From a virus, in the IMG/VR virus record IMGVR_UViG_3300027747_004524, positions 58,855 through 122,854 of that record: 64,000 nucleotides of DNA; one strand, given 5' to 3'. This document shows positions 1-8,716 of this stretch, one piece after another. Positions within the stretch are counted from its first letter, which is position 1. Each line of letters opens with the position of its first letter. A model generated the notes under the pieces. The model ran no database searches. It was not told where the DNA came from and saw nothing but the letters and a program-made list of their open reading frames with translations. A program made the translations under genes and the position numbers.

Positions 1-744
1 CATGGAGGGCTGTCTGTTGGGGGTGAAGCTTTTGTAGAAAGTTCTTGGGAAGATCTATTAAATGTTGATTTAAATTTTAGTTTTAACATTACCTTTATTG
101 AGGCGGTGCAATCATTTAAGCAACCAACTGCTACTTTAGTAGGAGCTTCTTCGACAATATCAACTTTGTGTGGATCTTGCACTTCTATGCCATCTACAAT
201 GTATTGTTACACTAATCTAGATAGGTCCTATCTTCTTTCTAGATTGATAGGCAAGAATTCTATAAACTTTCCAAAGTACTTTCCTTTGTATTATAGCACT
301 TTGCTTAAATCTTGGACTTCGAACTATCAGTTCTCAGGCTATGGTGATTCTGGCATAGAAAATTGGAACTTCGTCCTAAGCTGGTCGTGCTTAAATCAAA
401 TAGGCGGTGAAAGCTCAAGTCCTTATTGGAAGTACTCTATGTTTATTAACAGATCACTTTCAAGTAAGGATTTTGATACTAGAATTAATGTTACATTTCC
501 ACCCCAGGAGCTATGCCGTCTTATAAACAATTTGTCTGTAGACCTATCATTTAGTCTTAACACCATCACAGGTTACGTAGACAATAGCACCGTAGACGTC
601 ACAGATCTCGTTTCCATATCAGACAAAATTGGTGTTTTTAAAGATGCCACTTGGACCGCTGATCCTTGGTTGGACGTTAGGATATCTAGGTCAGCAGTTT
701 CTCCGCAATATCAAACTGTTGATTTATCTCCTTTACTTCCCTAA
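1..744 (+). CDS. Hypothetical protein, truncated by the window 5' edge (possibly structural)
   Basis: Frame 1 is open from base 1 (HGGLSVGGEAFVESSW...) to TAA at 744; no family recognised. Confidence 0.6.
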   Translation, partial: HGGLSVGGEAFVESSWEDLLNVDLNFSFNITFIEAVQSFKQPTATLVGASSTISTLCGSCTSMPSTMYCYTNLDRSYLLSRLIGKNSINFPKYFPLYYSTLLKSWTSNYQFSGYGDSGIENWNFVLSWSCLNQIGGESSSPYWKYSMFINRSLSSKDFDTRINVTFPPQELCRLINNLSVDLSFSLNTITGYVDNSTVDVTDLVSISDKIGVFKDATWTADPWLDVRISRSAVSPQYQTVDLSPLLP

Positions 745-769
745 AATATAGTTTAGGAGTCTATACTTT

Positions 770-1033
770 ATGGTGAACGTAAGTTATTGGGTTTTATCCC
801 TATTTTTTGTTTTATCTTTTTCAAATTTGGTCATTTTGTTTTTTGTTTCTGCTTTTTTAGTGCGATTTAGGCTGGATTTAATGAGCTTTTTAGCTGATTC
901 CTTACGTGTAAAGCAGCATCCTGTTTCACAAGAATTAGTAGACGCAAAACCTAAAACATGGGATGAGAAATACGAAGAAGAGGTTGAAATTGTTTCAAGA
1001 AGACTACGGCAGAGTGCTGATGGTGAATTGTGA
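770..1033 (+). CDS. Hypothetical membrane protein
   Basis: AGGAG RBS at about 755; N-terminal hydrophobic helix; stop overlaps the next start. Confidence 0.65.
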   Translation: MVNVSYWVLSLFFVLSFSNLVILFFVSAFLVRFRLDLMSFLADSLRVKQHPVSQELVDAKPKTWDEKYEEEVEIVSRRLRQSADGEL

Positions 1034-1995
1034 AATATACTTCGGTAAAATATTTAGATCTTAGGTCTAAAAGGAGGTTCGGTGTTGAGCTAGAAATGGG
1101 TCACACCGTTCCTAAATCTAGGGTGTCTAATATCATTAAAAGCTTTTCCGACAAGCCTGTTGTTTGCACTGGTTACAAGTTAAGTTCTAACAACAATTAC
1201 TGGCATGTTAAAGACGATTCAACTTGCGGCATATTTGGCAAAAACGGTCCTAAGGGCGTTGAAGTTGCATCGTACGTTGGTGAGAGTTTAGATGACATAG
1301 ACCACATTTCTTTTGTCGGAAGAATGTTGTCTATGTCTGGGTGCAAAACAAACTCTAATTGTGGATACCACATTCACGCAGAAGTAAAAGACTTCGATAT
1401 TAACAATGCTGGTATTTTATTGGCTAGATGGTTAAAAATTGAACCTTGGGTTGAAAGCATGATTTCGCCTCAAAGGAGAAATAGTAAATATTGTAGGTCT
1501 CTTTGTGGGCTAAAAACTTTTGACAAGTCTAAGCTTTGGAAGCCTCATGATCTTTTTGTTTTATTTGCTCCTAAAAATTTAGCCACGTTTGAAAATGAAG
1601 AAAGAAGAGTTTGTTTGAATTTAGTCAACTATGTAAAATACGTCCTTTTCCCAGAAGCAAGCAACCCTAGAGGAACCTTAGAGCTTAGATGTCCAGAGGG
1701 AACACTAGATTATAACGAGATAAAGAATTGGCTTTACTTTTTTTTAAACTTTATAGAGTGCTGTAAAGATGAACCTATGCCTTCCGATCTTGTTCCTTGC
1801 TCCACAATAGATGATTTTCTTTCATTTGTTGGATTGAATCATAAGGACAACAATTTCTTCATATTCAGCAAAGATCTTTTCGATACTAGAAATTGGTTGC
1901 TTAATCGTTTGGTCCTAAACGCCCCAGAGTTCTATAAAAAAAAGGCTAAAAAAAAGTTGTCTTTTTTGAATGAACAGGCACTAGATACTAAGTAA
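1030..1995 (+). CDS. Putative amidoligase (COOH-NH2 ligase type 2, Amidoligase_2-like)
   Basis: Motifs RRFGVELE, W..K.DST, GVEVAS, CGYHIH and TLELR typical of the family. Confidence 0.8.
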   Translation: MKYTSVKYLDLRSKRRFGVELEMGHTVPKSRVSNIIKSFSDKPVVCTGYKLSSNNNYWHVKDDSTCGIFGKNGPKGVEVASYVGESLDDIDHISFVGRMLSMSGCKTNSNCGYHIHAEVKDFDINNAGILLARWLKIEPWVESMISPQRRNSKYCRSLCGLKTFDKSKLWKPHDLFVLFAPKNLATFENEERRVCLNLVNYVKYVLFPEASNPRGTLELRCPEGTLDYNEIKNWLYFFLNFIECCKDEPMPSDLVPCSTIDDFLSFVGLNHKDNNFFIFSKDLFDTRNWLLNRLVLNAPEFYKKKAKKKLSFLNEQALDTK

Positions 1996-2034
1996 ACTTT
2001 TACTAACTTTAACTAAAATTAACTAAGGAGAACT

Positions 2035-2307
2035 ATGATAAATGACTTAATTATTGACAATATATACTTTGCTGACCTATTGGCTGCTGATTTCAAAAAG
2101 AGGTTTTATTTAGTATCTTATGATGAACTCCAAGCCGCAGCCTATCTTGGATTGGTAGAGGCAGCAAACAAGTTTAAATCAAACCCAAATAATGGGTTTA
2201 GGTCTTTTGCTAAATTCAGAATAATTGGAGCAATGAGAGACTATCTAAGAGAAATAAGATGGGGTTCTAGAAGGAAGCCGGTCGTTTTTGAATCTATAGA
2301 GTCTTGA
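2035..2307 (+). CDS. Sigma-70 region-2-only protein (FliA-like region 2)
   Basis: DELQAAAYLGLVEAANKF...FRSFAKFRIIGAMRDYLRE matches sigma region 2.1-2.4; AAGGAG RBS; stops after 90 aa. Confidence 0.75.
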   Translation: MINDLIIDNIYFADLLAADFKKRFYLVSYDELQAAAYLGLVEAANKFKSNPNNGFRSFAKFRIIGAMRDYLREIRWGSRRKPVVFESIES

Positions 2308-2350
2308 ATTTATCCATGCAATTTACTAGAATACACGCAGGAGAATCACT

Positions 2351-3190
2351 ATGAAAATATTTTACTTTTTGGCTTGCTTTCTGCTCCTTCAACAGTCTTT
2401 TGCCCAAGAAGCTACGCCCAAAGGATCTTCTTCTACCGTAGCAGATGAAGATCCTGAACTTAAGAATTTGCAATGGAACAGATATGTAAAGGGCGATTAC
2501 GTTGTTCTTAGCATCGATGAAAGCCAAGGAAGATGGCTAATTGATAATATTGACCTGGTATCAAAATGGTGTACAGGTAGGTGGGGGTTAAAAGACATAC
2601 CACTATCGAAAGAGTGCAGGATATTTTGTGTTCCCTCTAATCATTTATTAAAGAAACTATTTAACATAGAAGATTCTAAAGCAGAAGTTAGACGAAATAC
2701 GGATGGTTCAATAAGTATTAATGTGATTTGGCTGAGCTTAGAATCTTTTAACAAAGAATCGGTTGCTCCTTACTTAACTCACATACTTTTCTCCCAATCT
2801 TCAAAACCAGTTTGGTTTGTTAGAGGGGCAGAGATAATGAACTCCCCTTTGGCATCTATTAAATCTAAACTTCGTACAAAGGACTTAGGCCTCTCTTGTG
2901 AGAGCATTCTCTCTTTTACAGCAGAACAGTACGGCTCTTTATCTAAAGACAAAAAAGAGTCTTTCGATACGCAGTCTTTACTTCTTTGCCTGATGCTTCG
3001 AAAAGAACTTGGCCAAATTAAGCTGTTGTCTTTTTTAGATGGTTCCGATTTTAATTCCAATATTCGTAAAGTTTATGGATACAAAGACATGGCTGATTTT
3101 GAGTCTAAATATAAAATGTATTGCAATGACTTGTTAACTAAGATTAACACGGTTCCTGACTTTTATTTTATTGTGAAAGGAGTTGATTGA
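2351..3190 (+). CDS. Hypothetical exported protein
   Basis: Sec-type signal (MKIFYFLACFLLLQQSFA-Q); AGGAG RBS. Confidence 0.7.
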   Translation: MKIFYFLACFLLLQQSFAQEATPKGSSSTVADEDPELKNLQWNRYVKGDYVVLSIDESQGRWLIDNIDLVSKWCTGRWGLKDIPLSKECRIFCVPSNHLLKKLFNIEDSKAEVRRNTDGSISINVIWLSLESFNKESVAPYLTHILFSQSSKPVWFVRGAEIMNSPLASIKSKLRTKDLGLSCESILSFTAEQYGSLSKDKKESFDTQSLLLCLMLRKELGQIKLLSFLDGSDFNSNIRKVYGYKDMADFESKYKMYCNDLLTKINTVPDFYFIVKGVD

Positions 3191-3450
3191 TGTTTTATTT
3201 ATTTGGCTGGATTTTGTTCGGTCTTTTAGTAGGGATCGTTGCAAAATACATACATCCTGGAAAGGACCCTGTTGGGATTATCCCTTCTTTGATAGGTGGC
3301 GTGGTCGGCTCCTTTGTAGGAGGTTTAGTCAACTATACGCTGTACGGAACTTTATCGGACTTTAGACCCGCAGGTCTTTTTATGTCTGTTATTGGAGCTG
3401 TTGTGTTTTTTGCTTTTCTTCGTTGGTATTCTTCAAAAAATGTTAACTAA
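3187..3450 (+). CDS. GlsB/YeaQ/YmgE (transglycosylase-associated) membrane protein
   Basis: GWILFGLLVGIVAK..HPG...G...SLIGGVVGSFVGG...S.IGAVV pattern; three hydrophobic helices. Confidence 0.85.
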   Translation: MMFYLFGWILFGLLVGIVAKYIHPGKDPVGIIPSLIGGVVGSFVGGLVNYTLYGTLSDFRPAGLFMSVIGAVVFFAFLRWYSSKNVN

Positions 3451-3652
3451 AGACTTAGTAGAAAGCCTTCGACAAAGATATGATGTGCACCCTTTAGTTT
3501 TTAATCGGTGTGTAGGCCGAGCAAAGAACGACGCAGAGCTTTTTGACATGCTCGACTCATTTCCTAAGAAGTTTCCAATAGTTTGGTCTGAAGAGGAATA
3601 CAGGTGGATTACCACAAACGATCCTTACTTATTCCAAGATTTTGATCTATGA
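3440..3652 (+). CDS. Hypothetical protein
   Basis: ATG at 3440 overlapping the upstream stop; operon-like packing. Confidence 0.6.
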   Translation: MLTKDLVESLRQRYDVHPLVFNRCVGRAKNDAELFDMLDSFPKKFPIVWSEEEYRWITTNDPYLFQDFDL

Positions 3653-4245
3653 ATGTTTTTGAAGAGTACGCATCTCGTAAAAAAATAAGCTATCCAATAG
3701 CTTATCATACTTCCTCATCTTTGATTATTTTTGAATCAGACAAAAGAAAATGGAACGCAAAATTGTGTGTTTTGACTGTGGTGTGGAATTCTAATCCGCA
3801 TCATCCTGGAATGTACAAAATTTGCTTAAGGTCACCTTATAACAACGTTATTCCGCAAAATCTTTTACACTTAGACAAGACTCATTTTTTTGTTGAAAAA
3901 TCTTGGTTTGAATATGAGGAATTCTTTTACAAATGGAAACCTAGTTTAGAAGGGTTGCGTCCTGTTTATGATAGTGAATCTTTATTATCTGCGTGGGAAA
4001 TTTTTGTTTCTGTAAATGAATGTTTGTTTTTAAACCAATCAACCTTTGTAAAGAAAAAGCTTTTTGAAACTTTAGACCCCACCGCAACCCCCTCAGAAAG
4101 GCTTGCCTCTCTTTCTGAATTGACTTCCTCTTCTTCTTTTGACCATATGCTTGGTGCGTGGAAAAAAGGTTTTCTTGCTCCTATTGAAGAAGATTACATG
4201 AATTGGTATAAAAAGTTTATTGGGCTTTATCATGAAGAGTTTTGA
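3649..4245 (+). CDS. Hypothetical protein
   Basis: 198-aa ORF with ATGA overlap to the previous gene. Confidence 0.65.
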   Translation: MNVFEEYASRKKISYPIAYHTSSSLIIFESDKRKWNAKLCVLTVVWNSNPHHPGMYKICLRSPYNNVIPQNLLHLDKTHFFVEKSWFEYEEFFYKWKPSLEGLRPVYDSESLLSAWEIFVSVNECLFLNQSTFVKKKLFETLDPTATPSERLASLSELTSSSSFDHMLGAWKKGFLAPIEEDYMNWYKKFIGLYHEEF

Positions 4246-4525
4246 CAAAAAAAAGTTTGATTCACTTCAAAAGTCTGGCAAGGTCTGCATCCTGCAGTTT
4301 TGGTCTGCTTGGTGTGGCGATTGCTTCGATGTTGAACATCTAGAAAAATTTCAAAAGCACAATAGGGGTGTTTGCGTTTTTAGAGTTAACTTAGAAGACA
4401 ATGAAGAATTCGCAGAGAAGTATCAAGTTAAAATAACTCCTTCTTATCTATTCTTCAAAAACTTTAAGCTTCTTGAAACTCTTGTAGGAGTTCAAACCCA
4501 ATCTTCTCTTGAAAGGTCTTTATGA
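4232..4525 (+). CDS. Thioredoxin-family protein
   Basis: FWSAWCGDC active-site motif; cis-Pro TP motif; about 97 aa. Confidence 0.8.
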   Translation: MKSFDKKKFDSLQKSGKVCILQFWSAWCGDCFDVEHLEKFQKHNRGVCVFRVNLEDNEEFAEKYQVKITPSYLFFKNFKLLETLVGVQTQSSLERSL

Positions 4526-5565
4526 AAAGAGTGCTATTAACAGGGGCCAGCGGCTTTATAGGAACACATTGCTTAAAGTATTTTATTGAAAATACCGACT
4601 GGTTTGTTGTGGCAATAGACTCTTTTCGTCACAAAGGCACTTACTCCAGGCTTTCCGAAATTGATATTCCAAAAGACAGGGTTTGCATCTTAAATCATGA
4701 TTTGTCGGTTCCACTAGATGAGGTTCTAGAAAACAAGATTTTAGCAAGATCCATCGATCCATCTGGTTTGGTGCTAAGCTCTAAAATAGATTACGTTATA
4801 AACATGGCATCAGATTCTGCCGTGGAAAGATCTGTTTTAAATCCTGGTTCTTGTTGGTCCAATAACTGCAACTTAATTTTTAACGTTCTTGAATTTGCAA
4901 GAAAAGTTAAACCTAAGGTTTTTTTTCAAGTTTCTACTGATGAGGTTTATGGAGATTGCCCTCCCAATAGCTCTCATTTTGAGTGGGACACTATAATTCC
5001 TTCCAATCCATATTCTGCGTCCAAAGCAGCACAGGAAGCTCTTGCTATATCTTACTGGCGTACATACGGTGTTCCTGTTGTTATTACCAACACGATGAAT
5101 ACAATAGGCGAATGGCAAGACAAAGAAAAGTTTTTGCCTAAAATTATATGGAAAGTTGCAACAAACCAAGAAATGGAAATCTACGGCGAAAAGAATCAGT
5201 CAGGACATTACGAAACAGGTACTAGGTTCTACTTGCACGCTCAAAACCATGCTGACGTTTTTGTTTGGTTGGCAGACAAGCCGCTTTCCTCTTATGAAGA
5301 CGGAGACCCATTGCCAGATAGATATAACGTTGTTGGCGATGTTGAATTAAGCAACCTTGATATGGCGGAGCTTGTTTCTGAAATTATGGGAAAGAAGCTT
5401 AAATACCGTATAGTTTCTTCTGAGTCTGTTAGAAAGGGCTACGATAAGCGATATGCCCTTGATGGATCAAAACTCAGGGAAATGGGCTGGACTGCTCCTG
5501 TGCCCTTTCTAAGGGGCTTAGAGAGGATCGTTAGATGGACTTTAGATAACCCTTGGTGGGTTTAA
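4522..5565 (+). CDS. NAD-dependent epimerase/dehydratase, dTDP-glucose 4,6-dehydratase (RmlB)-like
   Basis: TGASGFIG, STDEVYG, PYSASKA and D.RYALD.SKL..GW motifs. Confidence 0.85.
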   Translation: MKRVLLTGASGFIGTHCLKYFIENTDWFVVAIDSFRHKGTYSRLSEIDIPKDRVCILNHDLSVPLDEVLENKILARSIDPSGLVLSSKIDYVINMASDSAVERSVLNPGSCWSNNCNLIFNVLEFARKVKPKVFFQVSTDEVYGDCPPNSSHFEWDTIIPSNPYSASKAAQEALAISYWRTYGVPVVITNTMNTIGEWQDKEKFLPKIIWKVATNQEMEIYGEKNQSGHYETGTRFYLHAQNHADVFVWLADKPLSSYEDGDPLPDRYNVVGDVELSNLDMAELVSEIMGKKLKYRIVSSESVRKGYDKRYALDGSKLREMGWTAPVPFLRGLERIVRWTLDNPWWV

Positions 5566-5598
5566 CAATCCTAATTTTGAATTAGTCAAAATACCCAT

Positions 5599-5626
5599 TT
5601 TACACGCACCCTTTTTCTGTTATACT
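5599..5626 (+). promoter_or_regulatory. Sigma70-like promoter, possibly giving a leaderless mRNA
   Basis: TTTACA-16-TATACT with TG extension; ATG only 5 nt downstream. Confidence 0.55.
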
Positions 5627-5631
5627 CCAAT

Positions 5632-6381
5632 ATGGCATGGTATTTTACTTCTGACTGGCATCTAAACCACTCTAACATCATTAAGTACTGTAACCGACCC
5701 TTCACAAGCATCGAAGAAAAAGAGCTAATTGAATCTGCTTATAAAGGCTTAATACCCTTAAAGAGCATTAAGATAAGTCAAGAATCTTTAGATAGAATGA
5801 ATAACTCAATAATAGAAGCAACAAACAATGTTGTTTGTGAAACCGATAACTTGGTAATTTTAGGTGACTTTTGTTGGACTTCTACTCCTAAAGATCAAAT
5901 TCGTGATTTAGTGTCTAAGTTAAGATGTAAAAATCTTTATCTGATATGGGGAAATCACGATAACAGACAGACTTTTTTACCTTTTTTTAAGGCAACATAT
6001 GATCAATATGTATTTCACATAGAAGGTCAGCATATATTTGCCATGCACTACCCTTGCAAATCTTGGTATAGATCTTCTTATGGAAGCTGGATGCTTTATG
6101 GCCATGTACACAACCAATTATGTCATCAAGATAATGGGCTTCTATCAGACACAGAGTCTTCTGCTCTTAAAAATGCACTAGAAAGTTTGGTTGGTTCTTC
6201 CTGCCCATCTATTGATGAGTCGTCTATTAACACTGCATATAACTCTATCTCTAGCATATTTCGAAAGAAACTTTTTGCACTCGATGTTGGCGTGGATAAC
6301 CAGAGAGAGGGTGTTCCATTTGGAACCCCTTGGAGCTTCAGTGAAATTAGATGTCACATGGAAAACAAACTTCTTGGTTAG
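5632..6381 (+). CDS. Calcineurin-like metallophosphoesterase
   Basis: SDWH, LGDF, GNHD, MHYP and GHVH motifs. Confidence 0.9.
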   Translation: MAWYFTSDWHLNHSNIIKYCNRPFTSIEEKELIESAYKGLIPLKSIKISQESLDRMNNSIIEATNNVVCETDNLVILGDFCWTSTPKDQIRDLVSKLRCKNLYLIWGNHDNRQTFLPFFKATYDQYVFHIEGQHIFAMHYPCKSWYRSSYGSWMLYGHVHNQLCHQDNGLLSDTESSALKNALESLVGSSCPSIDESSINTAYNSISSIFRKKLFALDVGVDNQREGVPFGTPWSFSEIRCHMENKLLG

Positions 6382-6489
6382 TTATAAGTCCTTGTTTTAA
6401 AAGCACTTGTAATAAAAACTTGCTTCATTACTTTTTACACCTGTTTTTCCCGATGCGTCCTGCTACTATTGTCTTAGCAGGATACTAAA

Positions 6490-7062
6490 ATGAGTTGCCA
6501 ACCAAAGCCCTGTTACGAACAGAGCCATATAAACGTTGAAGACTACCTTTATATGGTCGAAGCAATATCGAACAAGTTTAACTCCGAACGCGTAAGAAGC
6601 ATTAGAGACTCTGAAATCTACGGATATCTTTCACAAGAGCTGGTCTCCTGCCGTTTAAGATTCAATCCCTCCAAAGCATCCTTTGATAAGTACCTTTCTT
6701 CTCACCTTTTTAACAAAGCCATAGATTTTGTAAGAAGGTCGAAAAGAAAGAAGAGATGTCATGGTTGTTTTTCAATGGACCAAGAAGATATAAACAACCT
6801 TCCCCAGCCTAGTTCAAACAATGTTGTCTCTACTGATTTGCTTCCTACTCTTTTGGCAGAATGTTCTCAAGACTCTCCTAGAGACGTTCAGGACAGAATG
6901 ATTCTTATGGAGCACTACCTCACAGGAAGAAGTGTTGCCGAGCTTTCAAAAAAGTACAATACAACAAGAGTGACGATATACAACAGAATCAAGAAAAGCC
7001 TTAAAAAAATTAGAGAGAACCACAACTTATCTTTTGAAACTGGGGGTGATATTATGTTCTAG
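6490..7062 (+). CDS. ECF-like sigma-70 family factor
   Basis: Region 2-like FNPSKASFDKYL...AIDFVRR; region 4 HTH HYLTGRSVAELSKKYNTTRVTIYNRIKKSLKKIR. Confidence 0.75.
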   Translation: MSCQPKPCYEQSHINVEDYLYMVEAISNKFNSERVRSIRDSEIYGYLSQELVSCRLRFNPSKASFDKYLSSHLFNKAIDFVRRSKRKKRCHGCFSMDQEDINNLPQPSSNNVVSTDLLPTLLAECSQDSPRDVQDRMILMEHYLTGRSVAELSKKYNTTRVTIYNRIKKSLKKIRENHNLSFETGGDIMF

Positions 7063-7129
7063 TTCCTTGCTTTTATTGTTACTTCGTTAATTCACACTCA
7101 ATTTCACAATTTAGAATCGGAGATTTAAA

Positions 7130-7507
7130 ATGTCCCACTTTGAACCCAGACCTAACGTTAATCCGCCCTTTAAGGTAGATCTTTGTTGCAACGTCAACAT
7201 CGAAGTTCATGTTGCAATGAGACTTGGTGAACTTATTAAGGCATCGAGAACAGAAGACAAACAGCTTATGGCCTTGGGCCATAGACTCGCTTCTGCGATG
7301 ACTCATCTCATTGACCAATTAGACAACAGGCAGTTTGAAAGACTATCGCAGCATATGGACGAGCAGTCTGATGACTCCTACGAGTCTAATGATTCCGATT
7401 CTTATGTTACAAAGGCTAGACGCTCTTTTCCAAACTCAATGGATTACGTTAAGGGTTCCATGGATATGAAGGATTTTGTTTCGGCTGTTGCGTCTAAAAA
7501 AGAGTAA
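7130..7507 (+). CDS. Hypothetical protein
   Basis: GGAG RBS; followed by a terminator. Confidence 0.7.
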   Translation: MSHFEPRPNVNPPFKVDLCCNVNIEVHVAMRLGELIKASRTEDKQLMALGHRLASAMTHLIDQLDNRQFERLSQHMDEQSDDSYESNDSDSYVTKARRSFPNSMDYVKGSMDMKDFVSAVASKKE

Positions 7508-7528
7508 AGCTACCTATTTTTAGATCTC

Positions 7529-7563
7529 AAAAACCCCTGCCCTAAAAAGGCAGGGGTTTTTTT
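7529..7563. terminator. Bidirectional intrinsic terminator
   Basis: AAAAACCCCTGCC-ctaaaaa-GGCAGGGGTTTTT perfect stem with A- and T-tracts. Confidence 0.85.
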
Positions 7564-7595
7564 GTTTGACAATCAGCTACTTTTTACTTATTTTT

Positions 7596-7733
7596 ATGGA
7601 ATGTGGCCTTACAGATGACGACCAAACTCTATTTTTGATGAACGTTAGAAGGCAACCTTCATTATACAAACTTTTATTTGTTCCTCCTCTTGCTTGGTCT
7701 GCGGGCTTTTACCTATTTTCAAAAAGCATTTGA
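7596..7733 (+). CDS. Possible 45-aa small protein (not in the ORF track)
   Basis: MECGLTDDDQTLFLMNVRRQPSLYKLLFVPPLAWSAGFYLFSKSI; TTGACA-17-TATTTT immediately upstream (7566-7594). Confidence 0.35.
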   Translation: MECGLTDDDQTLFLMNVRRQPSLYKLLFVPPLAWSAGFYLFSKSI

Positions 7734-7757
7734 CGCATGGCTTTTATATGTTAAAAT
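7730..7757 (+). promoter_or_regulatory. Sigma70-like promoter
   Basis: TTGACG-16-TAAAAT with TG extension upstream of 7779. Confidence 0.5.
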
Positions 7758-7778
7758 ACTTTTTAAGAGGATTCTTTT

Positions 7779-8459
7779 ATGGGTATGTTTGATCGAATAG
7801 AAGTCCACAAGGAAATTGCTCTTCCTTATCCTAACGATTTTGGAAATTTCGATTTTTCTGAACTTGAATTCCAAACAAAATGTTTAGAAAACTGCCTTTC
7901 TGATTACATTCTTAAAAAAGATGGATTGTACTTGCTAGAAGACGGCAAACTAGTCAATAAGCAGTTTCATGGAGTCCTAGACTTTGGTGCGTATTACACA
8001 ACTGACTTAATTGATTACTTGATCGATTTTAGAGCAAAATACACAGACGGTACCTTAGTAGAAGTTAAATTACATAGATTCCAAAAGTTTTTTCATGAAA
8101 GCACAAAAGAAAAATTTAAGATTTTGAAGGATAGGGAAGAGAAAAGAAGAAAAAATATTTTTTTAAGACTGCAATCATTCTTTGTCCGCTTTATTGGGTT
8201 GAAGTCTAAATGGCTTGGTGTCTTCGAAAAAGATAACACTATAATTTCTTTGTACTCGCCCAAATTGATACTTCTTAGAAAAAGAGATTTTAGAGGTTGC
8301 TATTCTTATGGACTAATGCTAGAAAACTTTGACTTTGGTTTTAAGTTCAGCTTTAGTCATCACGATAATGTTTTTTGCATTAAGTTTTTTGGATTTGGCT
8401 TTGAACTAAGAAAGTTTTTAAGTCCACTTTTCGAAGATTTTATAAATGAAAAGACTTAA
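7779..8459 (+). CDS. Hypothetical phage protein
   Basis: 226-aa ORF with AGAGG RBS; MGMFD....FQTK start seen in phage hypotheticals. Confidence 0.7.
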   Translation: MGMFDRIEVHKEIALPYPNDFGNFDFSELEFQTKCLENCLSDYILKKDGLYLLEDGKLVNKQFHGVLDFGAYYTTDLIDYLIDFRAKYTDGTLVEVKLHRFQKFFHESTKEKFKILKDREEKRRKNIFLRLQSFFVRFIGLKSKWLGVFEKDNTIISLYSPKLILLRKRDFRGCYSYGLMLENFDFGFKFSFSHHDNVFCIKFFGFGFELRKFLSPLFEDFINEKT

Positions 8460-8709
8460 AGAGGGAGATAAGGTAAGGGTTTCTGGCGGACCTTACTATC
8501 TCACTAAAGAAGGAAAGAAAATTAAATTGGGCGAGAGGGGAGTCGGTACGTTCATGGGGATGCACCCAGACGGAAACGGAGCTCTCATAGCTTTTAACGG
8601 CGACAAGTCTTCTAGCTACGTTTACGTAGGTCCAACCCATGTGTCCCCCATAACAGGAACAACTATGACCTCCCACAAAATATCTAAAAAGAGATATCGT
8701 AGGTCTTAA
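8446..8709 (+). CDS. Small basic protein, KOW/SH3-like
   Basis: LKEGDKVRVSGGPY resembles a KOW motif. Confidence 0.55.
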   Translation: MKRLKEGDKVRVSGGPYYLTKEGKKIKLGERGVGTFMGMHPDGNGALIAFNGDKSSSYVYVGPTHVSPITGTTMTSHKISKKRYRRS

Positions 8710-8716
8710 TCTATTT

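Noticed and set aside
2035-2350. Frameshifted full-length FliA
   Set aside because: No region 3/4-like sequence follows in any frame, and the next gene with its own RBS starts at 2351
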